64,000 nucleotides of DNA, from assembly GCA_028534125.1 (NCBI GenBank), contig CM052817.1, forward strand, positions 1,860,001 through 1,924,000, in the 5' to 3' direction. Source of the stretch: Lama glama (taxonomy: Eukaryota). A program made the translations under genes and the position numbers. This document shows, piece by piece, positions 14,951 through 30,212 of this stretch (positions are counted from its first letter, which is position 1; every line of letters begins with the position of its first letter). The notes beneath the pieces were generated by a model. It had not been told where the DNA came from, searched no databases, and saw nothing but the letters and a program-made list of their open reading frames with translations.

Positions 14951-16370
14951 TTTGTTTTTTTGGTTTTTTTGGGTTACTAATAATACATCTAAAATTTTTT
15001 AAACCATTATGAAGTTTATCTGGCTTTTCTGAAGGATATAGATAACTTTGAAAGATAAAAATCTTCAACTGCATTTCACAGATTTGAAGGCCTGTTGAGC
15101 TGGATGCTTCTCATGTCAGCCCCCGAGTAGAGGAGGGTGTGTTTAAAACCCCACACAGAGAAGGTGTTTCTCGTCCACCTGTTTTCAACTTCGTCATCGT
15201 CAGTTCTGGGGCCTGCAGCGCCCCTCTGTCATTTCCCCCCGTCACCGCTTCCCCCCGAGGGCCTGGGCTCCAGCTGAGCCTCTTCACGTTCTTGGGTCCC
15301 CCTCGGCCCTGTGCCTCCTGTGTCCCCGGGTGGGCAGGCGGCTTCTGGACGGGGTGTGGTGCAGAAAGCTGCTGGCACGCCGAGGCCGCCCCCACCCCCG
15401 TCAGCTCTTCTGCTCCCGTTGGCCTCCCGCCTCTCTCACACTCCTCAGGCCCCGTCAGCCTCTCACACTCCCCTGGTTTGTCTCCTTGGTCTCCAAGTCC
15501 TTCTTGGCTCTCCTCAGACCCTCTGGTCCTCGTTCTCCCTCTGCTGTTCAGGAAAGGCCCCTCCCATGCTCTCTTGCCGCTCTCCTCACCATCATCCTGT
15601 GCCCCTGGAGGTGACCCCCCCCGCCTCCCCAGGAGACGGCGTCCAGCCACAGCCCGCCCCGGGTCTTCGGGGTCTCCCTCCTGGGTGCCCTGCTCTTCGG
15701 CCTGGTGTATGCCCCTCAGGCGGGCCTCGGCGTGGCCGCAGGCTTGAGGCCACTTCCACGTTCACTCTGTGCTGCCGCTTGCCTGCTTTCCTCTCTCTTT
15801 GCCTGGAAAATGTTTCTCTCTTTCATCCTGAGTGAGTAGGTTTTATTTCCGTGAGCGAATTCCTTTCTATTTATTGTGGTGGTTTGTAGGGTTTTTGCAG
15901 TGTTTATTTTCAGTCAGTCCCTCCCCTCACCCTGTTCTTACATACACGGTGTCTCTGGACCTGACCCTACTCTCCGTCTGCTAAGTGGGGAAATCCCTGC
16001 CGCAATTCAGTGAGTCTGGGTCCTTCAGAGTCGCAGCTTTGTACCTCTTAAGACTGATTTAGTATTTTGTTGTGGCCAGACTGAAAGGCGGCGTCCGAAT
16101 TAGATAGGACTCCCCAGGGGCCCTGATGTACGTGGAGTAGGACGTGACCTTTGTGTTTTTGATGTGCTGCTGGTCAGGTACTGATTATGATGGATGTTGA
16201 CAGTTTTTTTCTCGTTATGATAGAAGCTTAGGAGTTCTTTCTCTCAGAGGTGTCAGTATAAGCTGGAAGATGCCTATGAAAAGAGCTTTCATACAGCTAT
16301 TAGAGAAGAGTCATTTCCCTTCCACGGCCCTTTCCCAGTGCTTAGAACAAACAGGAAGCCCCGGTGGTGA

Positions 16371-16805
<435 letters not shown>

Positions 16806-18422
16806 TGAAATTTAAAAATTGGTGGGTTTAGAAACCTGCTGACAGAGTCCTTCATCTTACTGGACCATCGCACCTGGAGAGGTCAGCTCAGTCTAGGGGG
16901 TGTGGCTGGCTCCTTTGGGACCTTGGGTGATGGCAGAGCCGTGCTCGAGGCGCGTGTACTTTGGCTCCAACCCCCGCCCCACCTGACTTACACGGAGGTG
17001 GCCGAGCGTTTGGCGTGGTGCGCCCGTCCGTGTGTCCACGGCCCAGGTCCCGCGGCTCACGCTCCGCCCGTTTGCCTGGCTGTGTGTGTATCCGCCTGCC
17101 GTGAGTCACCGGCAGCCTGTGTTAAACTCGTCTCCTTTAAGTGGAGACTAATGAAGTTCGTTTGTCTCCGTTTTTCTGAATCTCTCTTTGACACGCGTGA
17201 AGCTCACCTCGTGGTGATCGTTACCCACGTCACCTCACGTTTCTCCCCGGCCGTCCTTGCAGGTTCCCGCACATGAGTTGAGTGGTCGGAGCTGTGCTTA
17301 GTCTAGGGCCGATGACTCCCCAGCGAGCAAGGCCTTCCTGGGCTCAGGTTACTGCGGGCCCTGCCCGGCCCGGGGACCGGCTGCCGTCCCCAGCCCCGTG
17401 GGAGCACTGGGCGCTGCTCCCCCGGTTGCCTCTGATGAGTCCCCCTGCCTCGGGCGGTTTCCCTGCACACGTGTTGTTTGGTTCCCTGTTGCACACTCAG
17501 CGTCTCCCCGGGTCTCCAGTCCTTGTCCCATGAACTCTCATTATTTCCATGTCCCCAACTCTCGGCTCCTCGCCCTGGGGTCCCCGGGGCTCTGCTCTGC
17601 CCCTCTTCCTGCGACGTGGAGGCTCTCTGAGGGCAGGGGCCGGGCAGCTGTGGGGCTCCCTGGGCTCCGCTCCCACCTCTCCGACCTCTCTGCCTTCTGT
17701 TCAGGGTCTTGGAACTGTGGTTTCGTATGTTGTGTGGGTGTTTTTGGTTGTCTGGGTGTAGGGTAGATCTGGTCCCTCTTGCCCCATATCGGCCAGAAAA
17801 GGAGGCCTCTCTGTTCCATTGTGTATTAATACTCGTGCTGGGGACACGCTTCCGTGTTACTCTGGACACTCAGGAGGCTGCTAACAGCAACCTTTCCTCC
17901 CCGTTTTCAGTGCCCAGCTCAGTCTCTGGGGCGCACCGAGCGCCCTGTGCACGGTTGTTAGCAGAGACGGCTCCTCGGAGCCTGGGTGTGACGTGCAAGG
18001 GCCTTGCCGTACTTCTTCCCTTCCTAGCCCATCGGACACCTGCTGTGAGCTGGGGGCATGCGAGGCTCAGCCCTGCAGAGGTTGGCCGAGTCTGTTTGGA
18101 GTAAACCAGGATATTAAAAATATTTGGCCGGGAGTATTTGAAGCCAGCAGAAGTCTGTTGCTTTTGAGTGCAGGAAATTATACCAAGCAAATGAAGTGAG
18201 AGGCGTCTCCAGTCTAATTTGTGTGGTGGAAGCAGTGGTGGTGACCGGGTGGCAGTGAGGGGCCAGTGTGCCTTCGACGCTAGTGCCCTGACTGGTTTGT
18301 GTCTCTGTGACTCCGTCCTTCTCGGTTCTTCAAGAGGACCTCGTTTCCGAGGACAGCGGGCAGTCTGGGAGGAAAGTCCTTTGAAGCCAGTCGTCTCGGT
18401 TGTTTTGCTTGGTTACTTCTGT

Positions 18423-18537
18423 CTTTTGGGGAGAGGTCGTTAGGCGTTGATTTGTTTTGACGAAGGCACTGGGGATTGAACCCAGGAGCTCGTGCATGCT
18501 GGGGGCGGGCTCTGCCACTCAGCTGTACCCTCCCCCC
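18423..18537 (-). mobile_element. tRNA-derived camelid SINE (Vic-1-like)
   Basis: Reverse complement GGGGGGAGGGTACAGCTGAGTGGCAGAGC...CTCCTGGGTTCAATCCCCAGTGCC...AAAACAAATCAACGCCTAACGACCTCTCCCCAAAA has Pol III A and B boxes and a Vic-1-type tail. Confidence 0.85.
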
Positions 18538-18961
18538 GAATCTTGGCTGTTTTTGCAGACTGCTGCGGGGCACTTGTAAGACTTCTTGTAATAAATCGCG
18601 CTTGACATGCCACACGCAGCTGGACGTGTGCGGGGGCCTGCAGACGCATGGCCTTTGCCGCCTCTGCGCTCAGCATCCTGCTCCCAGGGTGGCTCTGGGT
18701 GCTGGGGGCAGTGGGCACTTGGGCGGTGTCTGAACGAGCGAGTGGGTATCTGATGCACGAAAGGAAGAGTGGGATACAGCCACTTGGATGTCAGTGGTTT
18801 TCACTGGCTGTCTCTGCTCACGATGGAAGGTGGAGAGCTGCCTCTGAGCCCCCTCGACTTTGCTACTGGGCGTGGTTTCCACGGGCACCGTCTGATGTCC
18901 CAGCAGCAGGATGTCACCCGTGAGTCACTCACTTGAACCTCCCCCGCCTGTCTCTCCACAG

Positions 18962-19039
18962 TGTGTTGAGGAGATCCTCGGGTACCTGAAGTCCTGCTTC
19001 AGTCGGGAGCCGACCATGGCGACTGTGTGTGTCCAGCAG
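18962..19039 (+). CDS. HTT: Huntingtin exon 30 (78 nt)
   Basis: cacag|TGTGTT...AGCAG|gtgaga; [26 protein letters not shown]. Confidence 0.96.
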
Positions 19040-19423
19040 GTGAGAAGGTGGTGTGTCTGAAGCCCTTCGCTGGGCGCGGTGATGCAGTGCTGCCTGTCAC
19101 TGGGAGGTGGTGCCGGTGGCATGCCTGGCAGCCCCACGCGTCACTCCTTTGCTCTCTGCGTTACTGGACCAAGAGGGGTCCTCCTCCCGCCCTCCCTCTC
19201 CTGGAGGGGAGGCCGACGCCGTGGAGGGCAGAGGGCACGAGAAGCTGGGCCCTCACTGCTTACCTGCTGTCCCAGTGTCCCTGCAGTGCCCCCCACAGCC
19301 TGGGTTTGCTGATTGTAGCCAGTTGCCTACAGGTGGATTTGAGATTTGGCTGGGGGGGGGTCTTAAAGTGTTGCTCGTGCTACGTGAAGTCCAGCGTTGA
19401 TGGTTTCAATCCTTTCCCTCTAG

Positions 19424-19648
<225 letters not shown>

Positions 19649-20752
19649 TAACCTCCCACTGTTCTGGCCGCAGCAGTGGGGTCAGGATGCGTCTTTAGTA
19701 GAAGAGTGAAAGAGCAAGCAGTGAATAATTTGTAAAAAATAAGTTAGCCAGCACCTTCTAATAGTTTTTTGTGTTCGGAGAGCTCTGGGAAGCATGATTG
19801 CTGCAAAGATGCTGAAGGCATGGCCCCTGCCTTCAGAGAAGTGGGCAGTCCAGGGAGTGAGACGAGGTCTGGGGCTTTTACTATCTCAGAGAGGCTGGGC
19901 TGGAGGAAGAGGAGCACAGAGCAGCTCCCTGGGGGCGGCGAGGGCCCCCGCCCGACGGTGCCAGTGAACCAGAGGGGGCCACGCAGAGTCCTCAGGTGGC
20001 CAGGCACGGCGAAGTAACCGGGCTCGTGAACAACGCTCCCTTTAGAGCGGGACGCTGTGTGTTGGTGGCACTTTTGGGGCTGGTAGCTGAGGTGACCCGG
20101 TGGTGCCAGTGCGTCAGGGTATTTGGGGAGCATAGAAGAATCCTGGGTGGTAGAGCTCTGTTTTGTAACTTTGTGGCTGAAAGTCTTCACTTAAATTTAT
20201 GGTTGTGTTTGTGAGGCCCGGAGTTACAGTAGTTGTTTCTTAAATTGCTATGAATTATTCGCAGATACTTGAGCTCCTACTCTGTAGTGACAGTGGAATT
20301 CCTTGTGTTTCTCTGCATAGATGCAGGGGTGGAACAGCTGCGGTTCAAGTGCTGCAGCAGTTTATGAAAATGCCCCATGTGTGGGGCTTTACGTTGGTGC
20401 CCTTCGTACAGTTTCTCAAGTTTCAGAAACAAGGCTCTTTAATACCTTGTCTAATAACGTGGGGATAAATAAGACAAGTGTCTGATTATTGTCATTTAAT
20501 TCTGTATCTGTTTCACAAAAAGGAAAGGGCATGTATAATTGATGTAAATATTTGAAGAAAGTTTTTCCCAAGAAAATCAAGTGATGTCTTCTAAGTCACT
20601 GAGTCTTTCAAGTGACTGTCGCCTCTCAGCCCCACCGCAGACTGGGCCGAGCAGTGAATTTCTGTGGCAGAGGAAAGCTCTGTCTGCGGTGGCCTGCTTC
20701 GGGCGACAGGATTTGATGGCTGTCAGTCAGCTGTAAACTCTGTTTTGACTGA

Positions 20753-21061
<309 letters not shown>

Positions 21062-21078
21062 TGAAGACTCACCCGTGA

Positions 21079-21537
<459 letters not shown>

Positions 21538-22730
21538 TAGGATGTAATTGAGATTTATCGTTTGGGGGGACACTTTGCAGAACCCAGAGTCTTATTTTAA
21601 ACTGACGAGCAGCTGTGATGCTCCGTCTCACAGTCTGGAGGTAGCTCCCGGCTTTGACAGGAGCGCGGTCTCCCAGGGCAGCCCTGACGCGTGCTCCTGC
21701 AGTCCCTGGTGGCTGTGTCTGGGCCGGCCTGAGCGCTGCTGGACCTCAGCTGCTGCCCCTTCCTCAGGCACAGGTGACTCTGGAAGTCGTGTCAACTTCG
21801 TGATGCAAATTCTCCTACAGCAGGATTCACGCCGGCTAAATTCCCTGCAGATGCAGTGGCCTTTAGGTCATCAGATGTGGGTGTGGAGAGAGGAGGTGCA
21901 GCATGCCCCACGCCCCTCCGCTCTCTGCAGGTGCACAGAAGCCTGCAGCTCGCCCCCAAGGCCTCCGTGACCTCTTTGCTGGCAGTGTCAGGTTTTCTTG
22001 CCATGAGCACTCGAGCCTCACTCACGTTAGTTGTGATTTGCATTTATCACTCAGCACCCCTTCTCCCTGGTTCCCAGATTCAGTACAGTGACAGTTTTTT
22101 GAACAAGGAGGGAAAACTGGAATAGGGAAGTGGTTTCACTCGGGCCAGATGGTGACTTCCTGAGCACTGCTGTGTGTGTCTCGCCCAGGGGCTGGGAGAG
22201 CACGTGGAGCAAGTCCCATGCTTCTGGTGGGACAGAGCCTGGTGCTTGGAGCAAAACTGGCCCTGATCCAGGCCTAACGTCCTGCCTCTGCTCCTCGCGG
22301 CCACCCCTCACCCTCAGCACCCCCTCGGATTCCCGCTCCTTCAGATCCTGGGGTGGTGGGAGGGAGGAGATGGGCTGACTTGGGCATCTTACCTGTAAAC
22401 CAGTGTCTGGAAATTCCTGCCGTTTGGTTTGCCACGAACGGGAACCAGCTAGTCCTGCTGTGTGTCTTGGGTGCTCCCTGGTGTCTCCTGGAATTTATTG
22501 TTTCCAAAGAGGTTCCACCTCCGTGTTGAGTAAATGTGTTTGAAGGGATGGATTCCTGAAAGTGTCTTGAAGGTATCCAGTCTGACAGTAGGATGCGTTT
22601 GAGTTCTTGTACACAGACAAATTAACCTACTGTTGGCAAACTTGTTAAAGGTTTACGCAAGTGAGTGTGAGGGAAAGTAACCTAGTTTGCACATTAAATT
22701 GACGTGAAATTTTTATTTCCCTGCTTGTAG

Positions 22731-22786
22731 GTGTTCATTGGATTTGTGCTGAAGCAGTTTGAGTACATTGAAGTTGGCCAGTTTCG
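22731..22786 (+). CDS. HTT: Huntingtin exon 34 (56 nt)
   Basis: tgtag|GTGTTC...TTTCG|gtaaca; VFIGFVLKQFEYIEVGQFR. Confidence 0.96.
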
Positions 22787-23304
22787 GTAACAGCGTTTTC
22801 TATCTTAGAGCTCCTGTCCTTGGGATGTGACTGTGTGTAACTTCAGGTTAACATGAACGTTAGCTTAAAGGGTCGCTCGGCGTTGTTGCTAGGCATTGGT
22901 TTTAATGGAAACCTGATTAACATGCTGCGGGGTTTTATTTCCCTTAAAAATGATCAAGTATCTCGAGCCTCATCTAGAAGTAGTTCTGCGTCTGATAATC
23001 CCACGTTGTCTGTTTTCATTTCACGTTGCAAAGCATTTCGTTGTGTTTGCCAAGTGAAATCTCATTTGATAGAACACGGGGTTTTCTTAGAGAAGACGGT
23101 TTTAGGTGTGGCTTCCTTCAGTGAAGGTGACTATTACGCACTTCACTTGCATTAACTGCAGCTTTTCCTTTTAGACAGTGAGGTTTTAATGCTTCCTGCT
23201 CTGCCAGTTGTAGGTATATAATTATTGAAAATTAAAGTTCTTCAGTTTCTGAACTACTTACTAGCAGGGAAGCAGTGCAGGAGGGCATGTCCCGAGGGCC
23301 TCAT

Positions 23305-23410
23305 TGGCCTAGAGACCCAGTGTCTTGTTCTCACTGTGAGACACCTTGACTGTGTGGTTGGAGGCAAGTTGCTCTTCCTCCTTTGGGTCTCAGTGTCTGC
23401 AGCTGTGAGC
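23305..23410 (+). mobile_element. MIR SINE fragment
   Basis: ctgtgtggttggaggcaagttgctcttcctcctttgggtctcagtgtctgcagctgtga resembles the MIR core. Confidence 0.55.
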
Positions 23411-23666
23411 GAAGGGCGCGTGGAGAGGCCGGGGCTGCACCCCTGGGCACCCAGTGCCCTGGGCGCCCGCCCCACGCGCAGAGCCTGCTGACCGTCCAGG
23501 CCGCCCAGCCGTGCGGCGCGCCCACCCGGGGGCGGGACCTTCAGCTCGGCCTGCGCCCCCCCCCCCGCACGCCCCCGTTTCTCACGTGCGCTCTCTTGGC
23601 TTTGCACCGTGAGGAGTTTTATGCTGTTTGTATTGATTATCTTCTCTTTTAAACGGAAGTGTCTAA

Positions 23667-24020
<354 letters not shown>

Positions 24021-25313
24021 TAAAAGCAGCGAGGGGATAGCGTGAGGCGCAGGTAGAGTCTGACGCAGGTTATCTGGTCTGTCCATATGCAACAAAGCAC
24101 TTTAAAGTCCAACTCGTGTCAGGACGCTGGATTTATTACCCAGGGGTGTTGGAAGATATAGTTTGGCCTTGATTCGGGGCCTTCTGCTCTGCCTGATTGT
24201 TGTGTCGGAGCTTAAATGAGGCCACAGAAGATGGCCAGCCAGCTGTTCAGGGCAGCCTCCTTCCAGCCTGTGGAATGAGGCGGTGTGGTTTTAAGAATGA
24301 TCTGTGACTATTTCTTTGAACTTTTTCAGCTGCCCTTTCAGCATTTTCCCACTGATTGCTCCCAGCTCCGTTGTCAGGAATCTGCAGGCTTTTGAACTAT
24401 GGTCGGGGCACCTCCTAAGACCCCTGTAGGCGGCCTTTGGGTTCCCCTTTCTGCGCACTGCCGTGGGGTGACCACCGAGCTGTGTGTTGGGGCAGGGGCT
24501 TGGACCCTCGCGCACTCCACACCTGCTCCACTCTGTCACAGCCGTGCTGGGGCTCACATTAACACCTCAGCAGATGGGCATGTGGCTGCACATACGGCCT
24601 TGGGGTCACTGGATAGAGTTGAAACACAAATGTCAAGTAGAGGGATGACTAAGGTTTCCCAGATCAGAGGGTCTTTGGATAGAAAGTTGATGGCCAGCCA
24701 AACCCACTGCTTTCTGCTGGGAAGCTCGGGCACCTGTGGACAAGGCAGCGAGCATGGGGGTGGGCCGGGGGTCACTAGGGTGAGAGAGTGCTCCTCTCAC
24801 TAACCCTGGTGACACGGCTGCGCTGCACCCTTTCAGTGAGGCATTTCTTAGATGGTTTATTCGTATGCTGTTGTTAGACTAACAAATTTACTTCATTGTT
24901 TTGGATAAAAACAAGACTTGGGAAAACCCTCTGATGAGAGGAGTGAGTTTAATTACTTAGAATAGCATAGAAATCTAATACTTTGACTAAGTGTTTTCTA
25001 TTGACAAAACACCTGTTTTTTCGGGTGAATCTTTAAACAGATTATGCATGAGACTAGAACGTTGCTGTTTTAGTTAGTTGGAAGGTATTATTATTTTGAA
25101 TTTGACTTTTGAATTGTGCCTCTTTGTATCAGAAGTAGCATTATTTCGCAGAAACCCCAGGTTTGCTGGTTTGTTTTCAACATTATCGAGTGTCAGAGAA
25201 AACCCCCGGCCTTCCATGATGGTATACAGATAATGTCACGACTCATCGTTCACAACCCGGACTTACCCCGTAGCACAGAGCCAAGCGTGGACTAGGGCGT
25301 CCTCAGTTCCTGA

Positions 25314-25685
<372 letters not shown>

Positions 25686-26942
25686 TAAGGCAGTGCAGCC
25701 TGGCCAAGGCCATTCAAGGTAGCAAACATGGTGGAGCCTTCTTTTCCAAACGAGGATCAGAAATCAGTTAGCCGACAGTGATGATCACGGTGGTAGCATT
25801 CTAAAGAATGGCTTTAAAAATCTCAAACCGGAAATAATCCAGAGGCTTTGTCTGTACCTTTGTACCACTGTGTTGACGCCACGGTTTTGTTCTTTGGGCT
25901 GATTTCTGGCTTTGTTTTTCTAAAGGAGGAGCAGGAATTTCGGATAGTTTGAAGCAGTCTAACTGCAGAAGTCAGGTTTTTTTAATGACAGCTTCCCCCC
26001 CCCCCCGTTTTTTTAGCTGGTATAGTTGTCTCTTTCTCACTTATTTTTGTAAATCAGCTATTTGTCTTTGAATCTTTATAAAGTCATAAACTTTTCTCAT
26101 CGAAACACTTTTCTTGTGTGTTCTCAGTCTGGTTAATTTGGTCATATTGAATTAAATGCTTAGTGTTTAATTGAATCCCATGATGACATAAAAAGTGCAG
26201 CGACCAGAGATTTGAGAACTAGCACGTGACCTGTGGCAGACACGCAGGTTGGTGGGAGGCCCAGAGGGCGGCTTTGCCACGTGTTCCTGGAGTTCCTGGC
26301 CTGGTTTGTGAGAACGGGGCGCGCTGGTCCTGACGAGGAGAGTCGGACACAGCGTGGTTCCTGGAGCAGAAGTGCTGGCAGGCCCTGGGCAGGGGAGGCA
26401 GCCGAGGGAGGGCGGTGGGCACTGTCTGTATCGCTCGTACGTTTAGACCGGGTCGAGACTTTTCTGTGAACAAACAGGTGGTAAACATTTCAGCTCTTCC
26501 AGGCGACGTGGCAGCTGCTGTCACGGAAGCAGTCCTGGCGGCGTGTGCACAGTGGCTGTGCGCCAGGGAGACCATGTTTACAAACACAGTCTCTTAGGGG
26601 TCTCTGTTTAGAAGTGACCACTCGCAGGCGTGTGCTGAGCCGCGCCAGCGTCCTTGGGAGCAGGCTGTCCTCAGGAGGGGTCACCCCCGCAGAGCGCACG
26701 GGACTGAAGCTAATGCACACAGAGGCAGAGGGCAGCTGCAGAACAGCGTGGCCCAGGCTGTGCTTGTGTTGTGCCAAAGGTTGAGATGAGTCTGGTTTTC
26801 TTTCTGTGCCTTTCCGCTGGCTGTAGGGACGGCAGGGGCCCCAGGGTCGTCTTCCGCGGCCCCCTCACGCGTGTCGGGGTGAGGGCTGCGTCGGGCTCGT
26901 CAGCCCCCTTGGGGCGCTCCACCTGTGCCATCCCTTGTGCAG

Positions 26943-27059
26943 GTGCTGGAGATGTTCGTCCTGGTCCTGCAGCAGTGCCACAAGGAGAGCGAAGACAAGT
27001 GGAAGCGGCTGTCCCGGCAGGTGGCCGATGTCATCCTCCCGATGCTGGCCAAGCAACAG
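26943..27059 (+). CDS. HTT: Huntingtin exon 37 (117 nt)
   Basis: tgcag|GTGCTG...AACAG|gtctgt; [39 protein letters not shown]. Confidence 0.96.
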
Positions 27060-29507
27060 GTCTGTCGCCCCTCTTGCTCTCCGTAGCGCCGCTGAGAGCC
27101 CTGTAAGCGGGTGAGACCCCCGGACGAGGGTGCTCGTGACTGGCTCTTCTGCCGGTCAGGGTGACCCGTGTGTTGGTAGTTACCACTGCCGTCTAAGGCC
27201 ATGGGGTCTGCGCTGATGCCCTGCGACCCTCCCAGGTTGCTGGTGTCTCCACTTGGCAAGTGTGGAGTCCGGGCTCAAGATGGTCCCTTGGTCCCCAGGG
27301 CAGCCTCTGGGAAGGGGCTCCAGCGCTGTGTCCTGCCCCGCTGACACACTGCGGCCCTCATCCGGGTCAGTTAGACGTTTTTCATTCCATCTGTAAGTGT
27401 GTGTCCCCTGCTCACTTAGTGGTTTAGCAGTTCCCGTCGTCCGACCAGAACTTCTGTCGTCGAACGACGCGGTGGGTGGTCCCCGCAAGTGCGGTGGAAG
27501 GAGCCGGAGCCCGGGTGTCGCAGGCTCTCTGACCCACACCTGCCGCGTGGCGTAGAGGACAGGGCACTCTGCACTGGCTGCAGCACCACCTGGACGGTGC
27601 CTCCGGGAGGCCGGACTGGCTGCCGGCACAGCTCCGGGCCTCACGCACGTCGGATGCAGGCAGCAGACACCTGTGTGCGCACCTTGCTCACCCGGCCAGG
27701 GAACCAGAGCTCTGGGTCACACGGGGTTCGTGCTCTTGGCATTGGATGGCACCACGCAGGCACCTGCGTTAGTGCTTACCGTCTCTGTGGCTCCAGTCCT
27801 GGTCTGGCTCCACAGCAGACCCGTTACCCTGAGGCCACTCGTGCAGGGTGGGGGCTGAAAGATGACAGGTTTGGTGAGCTGGTTGGTTTGGTGTTTTCAT
27901 GTAGCCCTGGATTCCAGGCCTGTAGGTGCATATTTTTAGGGTGGTGCTCTGCAAGCTTTATCCTAGTCTCTCTTAACCGGGGACGCAGTTTGAGGAAGGT
28001 GGAGGTTGAAGGCTGGCATGCATAGTAAATGCCCAGCTGGATTTCTGCCGCCGTGAGGTTGAGTGGAAGATGGTCTGTGAAACACTTGGCACATGCCTGC
28101 CAGGTAGCTAAGCAGGGGACACGCCAGAAACAATGCCCGGCGGGCACCCTGGGGGGGCTGACTTGGGCTTTGGGAGTGTGAGTCTGGGTGTGGAGACAGC
28201 CGAGCCCTGGGAGGTGAGGGGCTCACAAAGGAGACGAGGAAGGGACGGAAGAGCCAGCAGTGTTCTTCACGCCCAGGAGGAAGGGCGCTTCACAGAGGAG
28301 GGATGGATCCACTGGGGTAAATGGGCCCTAGGCACAAGCCTGGCTCGGTACCATGGAGGTCACTGGGGGGCAGTTTTGGGGGAGTGGAGGGGGCAGAAGC
28401 CCGGCCGGTGTGTGTTGGTGAGAGGCTGGGAGGGAGGAGTGGGAAAGGGGACAGATGCGGGGTGGCGGCTAGAGGACAAGGGAGGGGTGGTAGAAGGGCC
28501 AGTGGGGAGGGACTAGGGCTGGGGTTGGCCAAGAGCAGAGGGTAAGAGGGCGGTGCAGGGTGGACGAAATTGCCATCAGGGTGTCCCTGCGCAGATGCAG
28601 ACCAAAGTTGGGATCGGCTGCATGATCGGCAGGGGCCCTGGCTGTGGGCACGACGGTTCCTCCAGAGAACCCAGGCAGAGGGAGCTGGTGGGCAGCAGCT
28701 CCGGGGTGTCTCCCGACCATGCGGGTTTCGATCTGCACCTTGAGAGAGTCACACCCCGTGCAGGGATGCGTACTGTGTCTGCACCCTCATCAGCAGTGAC
28801 AGAAGCCTTCAGCAGGGGGTGGTTGAATACACTGTGGTAGAGACTTAGTTGAAATATTTTGCATCCTTTAAAGATTATGTCAGGTTTTAAAACCTGTTGC
28901 TTTGGGAGTTCTCCATTGTATTTTTTTTAACTTTTTTTTACTGAGTTACAGTCATTTTATGATGTCGTGTCAATCCATTGTATTTTAAGGGAGAAAAGCA
29001 GAGGCATTTAGAGTATGACCTTTCAGAACAACTTAAAAGCCTCTCTGCGTGCGTCTGGACATGCGGTTGTAGGAATGTGGGGAAAGTTACGACACAGAAA
29101 TACACCAGTTTGCTGATTTGTTGCCAAAAAGCAGGGTAGGGATGGGGTGCAGGTAAAGCAAGTAAAGAAGAAAGCAGCGTGCGTGCTACCCCGTCTGGGT
29201 GAGTGATGCGCGTGGAGAGTGGCACGAGGGCTGGCTCCCAGGGTGTGGATGGGGATCGTGTCAGGCTGGTGCATTTCTAGGTGGTGTTTTTCATGCTTTT
29301 ATGTATTTGTAGCCTTCACAGCAAGCATGCGTAGTTTATATAATAAAAGTCTCAACGAGAAGATTTCCATATGGAAAAACTAGAGCTGCTGCAGTGCTGT
29401 TCTGAAGGGTGTTTGCCTGGGTCACTACTGAAGTTAAATGCGTTTAAATTTGAGGGTGGTAATGATGGGACAGTCAAGGTCATCTGACCTTGAGCTGTAA
29501 AACGTGA

Positions 29508-29852
<345 letters not shown>

Positions 29853-29976
29853 TGATACAGAGATTTGTCGGTAGAATGGGTAAAATGAGGGCAAATTTCA
29901 TAAATGAAATTGACAATAGTGGAAAATTTCATCCTCTTTTTCTTTAGCTGTAACTTACTTATTTTCCTTCTTCGAG

Positions 29977-30212
29977 GCCTCTGTGAGCACCGTTCAGCTG
30001 TGGGTGTCGGGAATCCTGGCCATCCTAAGGGTGCTGGTCTCCCAGTCCACCGAGGACATCGTTCTTGCCCGTGTTCAGGAGCTCGCCTTCCCTCCGTGTC
30101 TGCTCTCCTGCCCCGTCGTCAGCAGGCTGAGAGGTGGGGGCGGTGGCTCGGTGCCGGAGGAGCACAGTGAGGGAGGACAAGCGAAGAGTCCGCCAGAGGA
30201 AACGTTTTCCAG
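29977..30212 (+). CDS. HTT: Huntingtin exon 39 (236 nt)
   Basis: ttcgag|GCCTCT...TCCAG|gtaggc; [79 protein letters not shown]; unusual GAG acceptor. Confidence 0.94.

Noticed and set aside
15080-15830. Pyrimidine-rich stretches (also about 10640-11050, 36850-37230, 58380-59030) with Ser/Pro/Leu-rich ORFs
   Set aside because: Probably highly decayed sense L2 relics; too degenerate to call by eye and not credible as coding.
18460-18537. Possible tRNA gene (A and B boxes, GGTTCAATCCC)
   Set aside because: The cloverleaf is degenerate and has a SINE tail; it is a tRNA-derived SINE.
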